Source: Candidatus Adiutrix sp. | GTDB lineage: Bacteria > Desulfobacterota > Desulfarculia > Adiutricales > Adiutricaceae | Direction: 5' to 3' | Length of the DNA stretch: 64,000 bases | Assembly: GCA_031553735.1 (NCBI GenBank) | Contig: JAVBLB010000007.1 | Location: 30,348-94,347, forward strand | Shown: positions 55,436 to 64,000 of the stretch, in pieces | Position numbering within the stretch: position 1 is the stretch's first letter | Layout of the letters: every line of letters begins with the position of its first letter | Position numbers and translations under genes: made by a program | The notes under the pieces: generated by a model | Told to the model about the DNA's origin: nothing | Seen by the model: the letters and a program-made list of their open reading frames with translations, nothing else | Database searches by the model: none

Positions 55436-57193
55436 CTATTTAACGAGCAGTGATTTTTTTTCTTCAAGCAAACTAAGTACTTCCGCTTCATCCCCCCGGG
55501 CCTGGGCCTTTTTGACGGCCTCTGAAATTTCGGCCTGCCGGGCCCGGCGCCAGGCGCCCCGCAGCCGCTCCATATAAGCCTCGGCCACCTCCCCGGCTTC
55601 CTCCGGCGGGTAGAGCCGCGGGCTCACGGCCGCCTCCGCGACCAAAGCGGCCATCTCTTCCGACTCTTCCCCGGCCGCGTCTTCCGGGGCTACCGAGCCG
55701 TGAGCTTCGAAGCGGGCTTTCAAGCGGGTGAAAAGCGGCCGGGTGGCGTCGTCCGGCCACCAGGCGGCCATTTCCGTCAGCACCGGGGAGGCGGTTTCCG
55801 GATGCGCCAGGATGAGTTTCAGAAGCTCGCCGGCGGTCCGGTCATAGGAGGCCCCCCGGCCGGGCGCCGCCGGGGCGGAGCGGCTCAGTTGCCGCCGGGG
55901 GCGGCCCGGGTTTTCGCCCAGCCAGCCCTCCTCCAGGTCCAACAGGGCGGCCAGCCGCCTGGCCAGAAGCCAGCGTTTGGCCGGATCGGGCACCTGGCCC
56001 AGGATCTCCCGGACTTCCCGGACCATCCGGGCCTGGCCGCTGACGGAATCGGAATGGGCGCTCTTCAGCCGGGCGGCCACGAATTCGACCAGATCCCGGG
56101 CCAGCCCGGCCGCCTCGAACAGGGCCTCGGCCCCGAATTCCCGCATGAAGGTATCCGGATCGTGCCCTTTCGGTAGGGTCAGCACCCGGCCGTCGAGCTC
56201 GGCGTTCAGGAGAATGGGCAGGGTGCGGGCCGCGGCCCGCTGCCCGGCCTCGTCGGCGTCGAACAGCAGCATGACCCGCTCCACCTGCCCCCGCAGAAGC
56301 CCGGCCTGGTGGGCGGTCAGGGCCGTACCCAGCGGAGCGGCCACCTCGTTGACCCCCCCGGCCACCATGGAGATAAGGTCGAAATAGCCCTCGACCAGAA
56401 AGACCAGCCCGGCCGAACGCAGGTAGGGGCGGGCCCGGTGAAAGCCATAGAGCAGCCGCCCTTTGGTGTAGACCGGGGTCTCGGGGGAATTGACGTATTT
56501 GGGCTGGTTTTCCTCCCCGCTCAGGAGGCGGCCCCCGAAAGCGGCCACCCGGCCTTCGCCGTCCAGGATGGGCACCATCAGCCGATCGCGAAACAGATCG
56601 TAATAGCGGCCCTCCTGGCGGCCGGGCTTGATCAGGCCGGCCTCGAGCATGATCTGGTCGCCGAAGCCCGCGGCCGCCAGGTGCGGGCGTAAAGTCTCCC
56701 AACCCGGCAGGGACAGCCCCAGCCCGAACTCGCGGGTCAGCCGCTGGTTCAGCCCCCGACCGGCCAGATAGCGGCGGGCCCCCTCCCCGGCCGGACCCCA
56801 CAGATTGGCCTCGAAAAACTCCCGGGCCACCCGCAGCACTTCAAAAATCGCGGCCCGGTTTTCCCGGCTCCCATCCCGAGGATGGGGACCACCCTCCCGG
56901 GCCGGCAGTTCCACCCCATAGCGCCGGGCCAGCTCGGCCACCGCCTCCGGAAAGCTTTGGCCGGTGATCTTCATGAAAAAATGGATGGGCCCGCCGCCGA
57001 CCCCGCAGCCGAAACAGTGAAACATGCGGCGGTGGGGAGTGACCACGAAAGAGGGCGTCTTTTCCGAATGAAACGGACACAGGCCCTTATAGACCGACCC
57101 GGCCCGCTTGAGGGCCACATAGTGGGACACCAGCTCCACCAGGTCGGCGGCCTCATTGACCTCATCTATTTTTTCCTGGGCGTAATAGGACAT
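55436..57193 (-). CDS. dnaG: DNA primase
   Basis: 585 aa. Zinc ribbon GLCPFHSEKTPSFVVTPHRRMFHCFGCGVGG and a TOPRIM domain (..VFLVEGYFDLI.., ..LLFDADEAGQRAA..). Located upstream of rpoD. Confidence 0.95.
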   Translation of the reverse strand: MSYYAQEKIDEVNEAADLVELVSHYVALKRAGSVYKGLCPFHSEKTPSFVVTPHRRMFHCFGCGVGGGPIHFFMKITGQSFPEAVAELARRYGVELPAREGGPHPRDGSRENRAAIFEVLRVAREFFEANLWGPAGEGARRYLAGRGLNQRLTREFGLGLSLPGWETLRPHLAAAGFGDQIMLEAGLIKPGRQEGRYYDLFRDRLMVPILDGEGRVAAFGGRLLSGEENQPKYVNSPETPVYTKGRLLYGFHRARPYLRSAGLVFLVEGYFDLISMVAGGVNEVAAPLGTALTAHQAGLLRGQVERVMLLFDADEAGQRAAARTLPILLNAELDGRVLTLPKGHDPDTFMREFGAEALFEAAGLARDLVEFVAARLKSAHSDSVSGQARMVREVREILGQVPDPAKRWLLARRLAALLDLEEGWLGENPGRPRRQLSRSAPAAPGRGASYDRTAGELLKLILAHPETASPVLTEMAAWWPDDATRPLFTRLKARFEAHGSVAPEDAAGEESEEMAALVAEAAVSPRLYPPEEAGEVAEAYMERLRGAWRRARQAEISEAVKKAQARGDEAEVLSLLEEKKSLLVK

Positions 57194-57388
57194 GTTCCAG
57201 CGCGGATCCTTATCCGGTTTGGCGGAGTATCACATTGATATCCTTAAACAAACAACCGCCGCGCCCCGCCTCGGGGCCGGTCAGACGACAGTCGCCCGTC
57301 CCAGCCGGAACGGGCGACCTTCAAAGACCATTTTCCGGGCGCCCGAAAAAACGACGGGCCGCCGCGATACCCATGTCGACGCGAACCG

Positions 57389-58171
57389 TCAGGAAGCGGC
57401 GGGGGCGGGGTTGGAGGACGGCGGCAGGTTGCGATTGCGGGCGCGCTGTTCTTCCAGCATGTAAAAATTGATCGCCTTCTGCAGCGCCCGGGTGGCGTTG
57501 AGATCCAGATCGAGAAATTTCAGGCCCACCCGGGCGAAGGCCTCGCCCTCGTTGGTGGTGACCCGGACCACCTCGGCTTCGCCGTTGATGGTGGTCTGCT
57601 GGCCGGGCGCGGACTGCACCGGGAAAAAGAGGGTGAACCACAGGCGCATGCTCACCTTGGCCTGGGGCGGCCGGGGCACGCCGATCAGCACCCCGCCGGC
57701 GGAAAAATCCAAAAGGCTGACCCGGCCGAAAGAGGGATGGGTCTGGATGGAAATCTTCTTGTCGCTGGTGATGGCCAGGCGATAATCCATGCGGGCGTTG
57801 GTCTCGGAAAGGCCGCCGCCGACCGGCAGACCCAGGGCCACGGCCGGGATCGTTTCGGGATCTTCCGGGCGGAGCTTGTAGTTGGGCAGGAATTCCAGCA
57901 CCTGGCAGCGCCAGCCCCAGCGGATGATTTCCGCGGTGACCGGATCGCGGCGGACGAAGGTGGCTTCCAGGGAGCGCCCGACCATGGACCTGAGGATCGG
58001 CGGGTCGGACTGGCTGATGATGATTCTGCTGTCGGTTATTTCCTGGACCATGGCGCTGCGCACATCAATATAGTCATTGATGAGATCAACGTCGAAGATG
58101 AGGTCCAGCCTGGTTTGAGGCCTCAAAAATTCGTCAAGGCTGGCCGTGATTCGTTTGGGTGACTCAGTCAT
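57389..58171 (-). CDS. PilZ-domain (c-di-GMP-binding) protein with YcgR-like N-terminal domain
   Basis: 260 aa. RxxxR (NARMDYRL) and D.S..G (LLDFSAGGVLI) motifs with the appropriate spacing. Confidence 0.7.
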   Translation of the reverse strand: MTESPKRITASLDEFLRPQTRLDLIFDVDLINDYIDVRSAMVQEITDSRIIISQSDPPILRSMVGRSLEATFVRRDPVTAEIIRWGWRCQVLEFLPNYKLRPEDPETIPAVALGLPVGGGLSETNARMDYRLAITSDKKISIQTHPSFGRVSLLDFSAGGVLIGVPRPPQAKVSMRLWFTLFFPVQSAPGQQTTINGEAEVVRVTTNEGEAFARVGLKFLDLDLNATRALQKAINFYMLEEQRARNRNLPPSSNPAPAAS

Positions 58172-58423
58172 ATAGGCTACCTGATCCGGTCTGGGGGCGA
58201 CATGAAATCATGAATCTTCAATCCTGATTGTAATACATTTTTCTTTCAGGATCAAGCATTTTGACGAATCGCCCCCGGGCGGTCTCTTGAACAACCGGAG
58301 GTGAATCACGGCGGCGAAGGCCGCCCGTGGCCTTCCGGGGCGCTGCCCCGGGCGGACGCCGAAACCACCGCGATTCATCACCCCACAGGCGATTGCCCTG
58401 TGAATCGCCCCCGGGCGGCCCCG

Positions 58424-58960
58424 TCAGGCGCCGCCCTTTCCAGCCTCGCTCGACCGGGCCAGCGTCGCCAGCACTTCGGCCTCCAGGCGCAACAGTTGGT
58501 CCTTGATTTCCACCCCGGCGGCAAAGCCGGACAACTGGCCGCTGCGGCCCACCACCCGGTGGCAGGGAATGATGATGGCGATGGGGTTGCGGGTGTTGGC
58601 CTGCCCCACGGCCCGGAAGGCCCGGGGGCGGCCGGCCATCGCGGCCATCTCGCGATAGCTGATCTTGGCCCCATAAGGGATGCGCAGCAACGCGGCCCAG
58701 ACCTGCCGCTGGAACTCGGTGCCGAACGGAGCCAGCGGCAGGTCGAACTCGGTGCGCCGCCCGGCGAAGTATTCCGAAAGCTGCTCCCGGGCCCGAACCA
58801 GAAGGGGCGTTTCGCCGACCTCGGCCCCCTCCGGGGCGCCGGCCCGGCCAAAAAACAGGTGGGTCAGGGCCGAGCCGTTTTCCACCAGCCCCAGCGGACC
58901 GACCGGCGAATCGATATATAACGCCCGGCCCCGATACGGCTCCACGGCCAACAGTCTCAT
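58424..58960 (-). CDS. ogt: methylated-DNA--protein-cysteine methyltransferase
   Basis: 178 aa. Active site IIIPCHRVV, and YGAKISYREMA. Confidence 0.9.
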   Translation of the reverse strand: MRLLAVEPYRGRALYIDSPVGPLGLVENGSALTHLFFGRAGAPEGAEVGETPLLVRAREQLSEYFAGRRTEFDLPLAPFGTEFQRQVWAALLRIPYGAKISYREMAAMAGRPRAFRAVGQANTRNPIAIIIPCHRVVGRSGQLSGFAAGVEIKDQLLRLEAEVLATLARSSEAGKGGA

Positions 58961-59020
58961 GGCTGGATCGCCTCTTCACCTTGATATAAACGTTTGGAAA
59001 ACGCGGGGCCCGGCCTCCGC

Positions 59021-59296
59021 CTACCAGCGGTCCTCGCCCAACTGCTCCATGCGCTGAAGGCGGGGCAAGAGACGGCGGTGGTAGTAGAGGGCCATGAACA
59101 GGCCCAGAAAAGTCAGGGACAGGCCGGCCAGGTCGAGATAAAACTGGCTGACGGAGCGCCTGGCCAGTTCGGCCTGGAGTTCGGGGAAGTGGAGACGGGT
59201 CAGGAGCAGCCCCCAGGATCCCATGAGAGTCAGGCTGAAAGAAAATATCAGCCGGCGAATCAACCCCCTCAGCGAATTGGCCCTTTTTCGACTCAT
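59021..59296 (-). CDS. small hypothetical membrane protein (2 TM)
   Basis: 91 aa with two hydrophobic segments. It sits tightly between nadE and ogt on the same strand. I recognise no family. Confidence 0.4.
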   Translation of the reverse strand: MSRKRANSLRGLIRRLIFSFSLTLMGSWGLLLTRLHFPELQAELARRSVSQFYLDLAGLSLTFLGLFMALYYHRRLLPRLQRMEQLGEDRW

Positions 59297-59308
59297 CTCG
59301 CCCTCCTG

Positions 59309-60817
59309 TTACTCCGGCCAGTCCAGCCCGGCCAAAGGATGGGTCGAGGCCACCAGGCTGAAAGGCTCCTGAGCGCGCTTGAAGGCGGATTTTTTCAAGG
59401 CGCCGAGCACCCAGGCCACGGTCAGGGCCGAATGGCCGCCCTCCCTGGCCACCTGGGAGCCGCTCCGCCCGCCTTCCAGGTGACGGTGGAGGATGTCGTC
59501 CAGCACCGCGTACGGCGGCAGGGAATCCTCGTCTTTCTGGCCGGGCCGCAGTTCGGCCGACGGCGGCCGGGTGATGATGCCCCGGGGGATGCGTTCAGTC
59601 TCCCGGTTGAGGTGTTCGGCCAGCTCATAGAGCCGGGTTTTGTAGACGTCGCCGATGGGGGCGATGGCCCCGCAGGTGTCGCCGTAGAGGGTGGAATAGC
59701 CCATGGCCGCTTCGCTCTTGTTGCCGGTGGCCAGCAGCAGCCGATCCTCGCGGTTGGCCAGGTACATCAAAAGAACGCCCCGGATGCGGGCCTGGAGATT
59801 TTCATCGGCCAGATGGCCGTCCTTGGCATCCCGCCGGGGGGTCAGGAGAAAGGAGCGGCTGAAAGATTCCCGGATGGCGTCGATGGGGATGGTCAAAAAA
59901 CTGATCTTGAGGTTCCTGGCCAGTTCCCTGGCCAGGGACAAACTTTCCGGCGCGTTGTATTCCGAGGGCAGGGCCACCCCCAGCACGTTCTCCGGCCCCA
60001 GGGCGTCCACGGCCAACAGGGCGGTGACCGCCGAATCCAGCCCGCCGGACAGGCCCACCAGCACCCGGCCGCAGCCGGTGGAGCGGACGTAATCGGCCAG
60101 CCCGGCGGTCAGGGCCTGATGGAGCACGGCCAGGGGCTGGCGATCCGGCGGCTCCAGGGTGGGCAGGTGGGTCGAATCGGTATCCAAAATGATCACGGCG
60201 GTGTCGAAACCGGCGGCCCAGCCCTTGAGCCGGCCGGCCGGGTCGACGACCCAGGTGGCGCCCTCCAGCACCCGGGGGCCCTGGGCGCCGACGGCGCCGA
60301 CGTTGAGCCGCCAGGCCCGGGCCGGGCCGGGAGACGGCGGGGCGTAGGGCGTCCCCCGATAGGGGGCGTCCTGGAAGCTGACGAGCACATCGGCGGCCTC
60401 GACTTCTTCGGGGAGCCAGCCGTCCGGGCCCGGCCCCAGGGCCACGGTCCGGCCGGCCAGCTCAAACATACACCCCGCCCGGGGCCGGGCCGGAAACACC
60501 CGCCCGCCCCGCACGGCCAGAACCTCTTCCCGCGCCGGGCCGCCCTCCGGGGGCCAGACCAGGGCCGAAAGGGCCAGCGCCGGATCGGGCCGGGAGGCGG
60601 AAATCTCCAAAAAGTCCTTAAAAACTTTGGTATATTGCACATCCAGACCCGGGCGGCCCAGAGCCTCCGGGCCGAGACGCCCCGACAGGATCAGGGCCGG
60701 AAAGACCACCAGATCCACCCCGGCCATCTCCGGACGATCCAGAAAAGTTTTGACGTGTTCCAGGTTGTCGGCGGGCCGGTCACGGTGCACCCGCCCTTGA
60801 ACCAGGGCGATTTTCAT
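59309..60817 (-). CDS. nadE: NAD+ synthetase with degenerate N-terminal CN-hydrolase (glutaminase-like) domain
   Basis: 502 aa from the ATG at 60815-60817 (MKIALVQGRV...). C-terminal N-type ATP-PPase motif VGLSGGLDSAV, and ..GNKSEAAMGYSTLYGD... The N-terminal domain has FPAL where CN-hydrolases have FPE. Confidence 0.8.
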   Translation of the reverse strand: MKIALVQGRVHRDRPADNLEHVKTFLDRPEMAGVDLVVFPALILSGRLGPEALGRPGLDVQYTKVFKDFLEISASRPDPALALSALVWPPEGGPAREEVLAVRGGRVFPARPRAGCMFELAGRTVALGPGPDGWLPEEVEAADVLVSFQDAPYRGTPYAPPSPGPARAWRLNVGAVGAQGPRVLEGATWVVDPAGRLKGWAAGFDTAVIILDTDSTHLPTLEPPDRQPLAVLHQALTAGLADYVRSTGCGRVLVGLSGGLDSAVTALLAVDALGPENVLGVALPSEYNAPESLSLARELARNLKISFLTIPIDAIRESFSRSFLLTPRRDAKDGHLADENLQARIRGVLLMYLANREDRLLLATGNKSEAAMGYSTLYGDTCGAIAPIGDVYKTRLYELAEHLNRETERIPRGIITRPPSAELRPGQKDEDSLPPYAVLDDILHRHLEGGRSGSQVAREGGHSALTVAWVLGALKKSAFKRAQEPFSLVASTHPLAGLDWPE

Positions 60818-60888
60818 ATCAGCATCCCTCGCTTCCGCGCCCCGAACGGGGCGCCGCATCGCCGCCGCCGGGCGGCGGGAACGAAGGC

Positions 60889-62283
60889 TTAGTCGCCCCC
60901 GTCCTTCATGTTTGGGGCGTTTGCATTTTCGCCCCGGTCATCTTCCCGGGCCTCCCCGTCGGCCTCCATTTTTTTCGAAGGCTTCCGAGCCCGACGATCG
61001 AGCTCCCGCAGAAACTCCAGTTTCTCGGCGATCTTTATTTCCAGGCCCCGGTTCACCGGCTGATACCAGCGCGGCTCGGCCAGGCCCTCCGGCAGGTAGG
61101 TCTCGCCGGCGGCGTAGCCGTTGGGTTCGTCGTGGGCGTAGCGGTATTCGCGACCGTGGCCCAGATCCTTCATCAATTTGGTGGGGGCGTTGCGCAGGTG
61201 GACGGGCACCTCGCGGGAGCGGTCCTTCTTGACGAAGCCCATGGCCCGGTTATAGGCCAGGTAGCCGGCGTTGCTCTTGGCCGCCACCGCCAGATAGATA
61301 ACCGCCTGGGCCAGAGCCAGTTCGCCTTCGGGCGAACCCAGCCGCTCATAGGTTTCGGCCGCGGTCCGGACCAGGTCGACGGCCCGGGGATCGGCCAGCC
61401 CCACGTCCTCCCAGCTCATGCGCACGATGCGGCGGGCCAGGTAACGCGGATCGGCCCCGCCGTCGATCATACGGCAGAACCAATAGAGCGCCGCGTCGGG
61501 GTGGGAGCCCCGAACCGATTTGTGGAGGGCGGAAATTTGATCGTAAAAGTTGTCGCCGCCCTTGTCGAAGCGCCGCAGGTTCAGGATCAGGGCCTCCTGG
61601 ACGAACTCGCCGGTCACCTCTTCCACCCCGGCCGTCCGGGCCGCCGACCGGCACTGTTCCAGAAAGTTCAGCAGCCGCCTGGCGTCGCCGTCGGCATAGC
61701 CCACCAGGGCCTCCACCGCGGCCGGCTCGAAGGTCAGGGTCCCCAGGGCGCCGGAGGCCCGGGCCCGATCCAGCAACAGCTTCAGCTCGTCCTCGGACAG
61801 AGGTTTGAGCACGTAAACCTGGGCCCGGGACAAAAGGGCCGAGTTGACTTCGAAGGAGGGGTTCTCCGTGGTGGCCCCGATGAGGGTCACCAGGCCGGAT
61901 TCGGCGTAAGGCAGGAGCCCGTCCTGCTGGGCTTTGTTGAAGCGGTGGATTTCATCGATGAAAAGGATGGTACGCTTGCCCCAGGCCAGGTTGCGCTCGG
62001 CCAAATCCATGGCCGCCCGGATATCCTTGACCCCGGAAAAGACGGCCGACAGGGAAATGAATTCGCTGCCGGCGGCCTGGGCCGTCAGCCTGGCCAGGGT
62101 GGTCTTGCCCACCCCGGGCGGCCCCCACAAAATCATGGACTGCAGCCGCCCCGATTCGAAAGCCAGCCGCAGGGGCTTGCCCGGCCCCAAAAGGTGGGCC
62201 TGCCCCACCACCTCGTCGAGGCTGCGGGGCCGCAGGGCCTCGGCCAGAGGCGGTTCGGGCTTGACGTCGAACAGATCGGCCAT
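60889..62283 (-). CDS. rarA: replication-associated recombination protein A (AAA+ ATPase RarA/MgsA)
   Basis: 464 aa. LRPRSLDEVVGQAHLLG.., GPPGVGKTTLARL, ILFIDEIHRFNKAQQD, HKS.RGSDPDAALYW-like motif. An acidic/basic C-terminal tail of about 40 aa. Confidence 0.92.
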   Translation of the reverse strand: MADLFDVKPEPPLAEALRPRSLDEVVGQAHLLGPGKPLRLAFESGRLQSMILWGPPGVGKTTLARLTAQAAGSEFISLSAVFSGVKDIRAAMDLAERNLAWGKRTILFIDEIHRFNKAQQDGLLPYAESGLVTLIGATTENPSFEVNSALLSRAQVYVLKPLSEDELKLLLDRARASGALGTLTFEPAAVEALVGYADGDARRLLNFLEQCRSAARTAGVEEVTGEFVQEALILNLRRFDKGGDNFYDQISALHKSVRGSHPDAALYWFCRMIDGGADPRYLARRIVRMSWEDVGLADPRAVDLVRTAAETYERLGSPEGELALAQAVIYLAVAAKSNAGYLAYNRAMGFVKKDRSREVPVHLRNAPTKLMKDLGHGREYRYAHDEPNGYAAGETYLPEGLAEPRWYQPVNRGLEIKIAEKLEFLRELDRRARKPSKKMEADGEAREDDRGENANAPNMKDGGD

Positions 62284-62310
62284 GTCGGATACCAGAAGGC
62301 CGGGACGGCC

Positions 62311-62751
62311 TCAGGACGGGGAGCCCGAATATTTGGCCTGAAGCTGTTCCATGACCCGGCCCAGGTCTTCCTGGTACTGTTTTATCAAAGTCAACTCGGC
62401 CGGGGTCGGCTTGACGAACTCGGGCAGGTTGGCAAGGCGGGGATCATCACGCCGCATCAGCATGGACATGCCCACCGCCATCTTGGTGGTCACGTAGGCG
62501 AAGCGGCTTTCAGTCCAGCCGTCGGTGGCCTTGATGGCCTCCGGCATCCGGTCCGGTTCGAAGCGCAGGCGATAGATGGCCTCCACGTTGGTCAGATAGG
62601 TCCGGACGTCATCCTCGGTCAGGGGCTCCTGGCCGACCATGGTTTTTTCCAGGGCCTGCTGAATTTTGATCAAGTCGCTCTGGGCCGAAGCCGGAGCGGT
62701 CAACCACATGGCCAGGCCCAGAAAAACAACAAGAAAAAGCCAGCGCTTCAT
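62311..62751 (-). CDS. small secreted protein, tandem paralog family (member 1)
   Basis: 146 aa from the ATG at 62749-62751 (MKRWLFLVVFLGLAMWLTAPASA signal peptide). It shares LT..D(V/I)..(Y/F), a central S/T-E-x-R...(T)K(I/M)..G block and P(S/T)..E(L/I).LI motifs with the next two genes. Confidence 0.6.
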   Translation of the reverse strand: MKRWLFLVVFLGLAMWLTAPASAQSDLIKIQQALEKTMVGQEPLTEDDVRTYLTNVEAIYRLRFEPDRMPEAIKATDGWTESRFAYVTTKMAVGMSMLMRRDDPRLANLPEFVKPTPAELTLIKQYQEDLGRVMEQLQAKYSGSPS

Positions 62752-62933
62752 AGACGAGCCTCCCATGGCGGTTCCAAATCGAACGACGCCCGCCCCCGAT
62801 ACCGGAATCAGCGGGCCCCGAAAAAGCAAAGCGCCGCCGCAACCGCGTCGCGACGCCCGGGACGAAGGCTCCCTTGCCTCCGTCATTTTTATTTTAGATC
62901 AAACAAGGCCGCTTTTCGATCTAAAACTTGGAT

Positions 62934-63473
62934 TTATTTCTCCAAAGCCCCCTTGGAAACCCGGGCCGCGGCCCGGCGGGCCGCCTCCTGGGCCCGCACC
63001 AGGGACGTCAGGTTGGCCTGGATCAGGGCTATTTCCTCGGCTGAGGGCCGAAGATGGGCCGGCACCTGCTCGTCGGTCAACTGGCCGGTGCTCAGAAGTC
63101 CGGTGGCCAGAGCCTGGGCGATGGTAATCTTGGCCCCGACATAGGCGGCCCGGGCGCGGCTCAAACCGGATTCCCGCAGCAGCCTGGCCCCATGCTCCGG
63201 ATCCTTCCGATCCACTTCCGCCAGCCGGGGCAACAAATACATATAGCCGTCGACATCGGCCTGGGTCAGCGGCCCGCCGAAAGCCCTCGAGGCCGGATCC
63301 TCCGCCCGGAGCCCCCCGGCCGTCAGGCCGACCAGGACCAGGCCGAGAACCAGCGCCCGCCATAAAAAACCCGCCCGGCGCGGATCGCCGGCCGAGTTCC
63401 AACCGGATTCCGCCGGAAGCGGACGGATCGACGCCTCATCCCGGCCAGACTTCGACAACAACCGCTGTTCCAT
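62934..63473 (-). CDS. small secreted/membrane-anchored protein, tandem paralog family (member 2)
   Basis: 179 aa as given in the track (start uncertain). Hydrophobic segment FLWRALVLGLVLVGLTAGG, then LTQADVDGYMYLL.., ESGLSRARAAYVGAKITIAQALATG.., PSAEEIALIQANL. Confidence 0.55.
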   Translation of the reverse strand: MEQRLLSKSGRDEASIRPLPAESGWNSAGDPRRAGFLWRALVLGLVLVGLTAGGLRAEDPASRAFGGPLTQADVDGYMYLLPRLAEVDRKDPEHGARLLRESGLSRARAAYVGAKITIAQALATGLLSTGQLTDEQVPAHLRPSAEEIALIQANLTSLVRAQEAARRAAARVSKGALEK

Positions 63474-63495
63474 ATTTCACGCCAACGCCCGAGAC

Positions 63496-63909
63496 TCATT
63501 CAGCGGTCAGGTTTTCCAGATTGGTCCGGATCAGCTCGAGTTCCGTGTCGGAAGGCTGCAGAACCTTCGGCACATCTTTGGTCAGAATCATATCCTTGGG
63601 GGCGCCGGCGGCAATCATCATGCCCAGGGAAATCTTGGTCAGCACCAGGGTCAACCTGGTTTCGCTCAAACCGCTCTCTTCCACGGCCTTCTCGGCGGCC
63701 TTGGTGTCGTTCTCGGGCACGTTCGCCAGCTTGATAAAGGCGTCGATATCGGCCTGGGTCAGCGACGGCTCCTTGGCCAGAGAGGCCAGTTCCGCGGCGG
63801 TGAAGTCCCCGGATTTCTCCGTCTGGCCGGTCTCCGCATCCTGAGCCCCGACCGGTGAAACGGTCAAAAGCAGGGCCAGAAAGGCCAGGGCCATAATCTT
63901 TTTAATCAT
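63496..63909 (-). CDS. small secreted protein, tandem paralog family (member 3)
   Basis: 137 aa. Signal peptide MIKKIMALAFLALLLTVSPVGA, then LTQADIDAFIKLA.., ESGLSETRLTLVLTKISLGMMIAAG.., PSDTELELIRTNL. Confidence 0.65.
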   Translation of the reverse strand: MIKKIMALAFLALLLTVSPVGAQDAETGQTEKSGDFTAAELASLAKEPSLTQADIDAFIKLANVPENDTKAAEKAVEESGLSETRLTLVLTKISLGMMIAAGAPKDMILTKDVPKVLQPSDTELELIRTNLENLTAE

Positions 63910-63920
63910 AATAGCACCTT

Positions 63921-63952
63921 AAAAGAATGGCGGAGCCAAGGGGCGCTCCGCC
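63921..63952 (-). terminator. Rho-independent terminator of the gene entering from the right edge
   Basis: In the mRNA sense: GGCGGAGC - 8-nt loop - GCTCCGCC followed by ATTCTTTT. A stop codon (TAA, rc of 63968-63970) closes a minus-strand ORF (...AAAMQQQQ*) that runs off the window. Confidence 0.7.
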
Positions 63953-64000
63953 GTTTATCAGGGCCGCTTACTGCTGCTGCTGCATCGCGGCCGCCATTTC

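Overview
High-GC bacterial chromosomal segment. The gene content (three sigma-54 enhancer-binding proteins, an MttB-family methyltransferase operon, hybrid kinases, many GC-rich intergenic repeats) suggests an anaerobic Desulfobacterota-like organism; this is inference only.

Layout:
- 1-11.3 kb, minus strand: part of a non-flagellar, Ysc-type type III secretion (injectisome) locus. Order is sctW, sycN-like, sctX, sctY, sctV, then directly sctS-sctT-sctU, a sigma-54 activator, a membrane PP2C phosphatase, an LcrG-like gene and two tandem tip/filament-like genes. The last gene runs off the left edge. Two sigma-54 promoter matches sit in front of sctW and the LcrG-like gene. No sctR is present.
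- 11.7-14.8 kb: a STAND/LuxR regulator and a small membrane protein.
- 14.8-18.5 kb: an AT-rich islet with a tRNA-Thr 3' fragment, an IS630 transposase remnant and a 621-aa NTase-like/kinase-like fusion protein.
- 18.5-36 kb: mostly housekeeping (hisHF, gatB-gatC-gatA, glmS), plus a DUF2339-like membrane protein, a HAD hydrolase and a hybrid histidine kinase.
- 36-37.7 kb: a cobalamin riboswitch with promoter and terminator in front of an AzgA/NCS2 purine-type permease.
- 38-42.4 kb: an LRR lipoprotein and a DKNYY-repeat lipoprotein.
- 43-48 kb: a sigma-54-dependent MttB-family operon with no corrinoid protein gene.
- 48.3-50.9 kb: a PAS sigma-54 activator followed by three tandem secreted 8-cysteine proteins.
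- 51-64 kb: MCP, rpoD, dnaG, a PilZ protein, ogt, nadE, rarA and three tandem secreted paralogs.

Best candidates for something new: the B12-riboswitch-controlled purine-type permease, the 8-Cys secreted triplet, the atypical MttB operon, and the rearranged T3SS with its unusual regulators.

All calls rest on reading the sequence and recalling family motifs. No searches were run.
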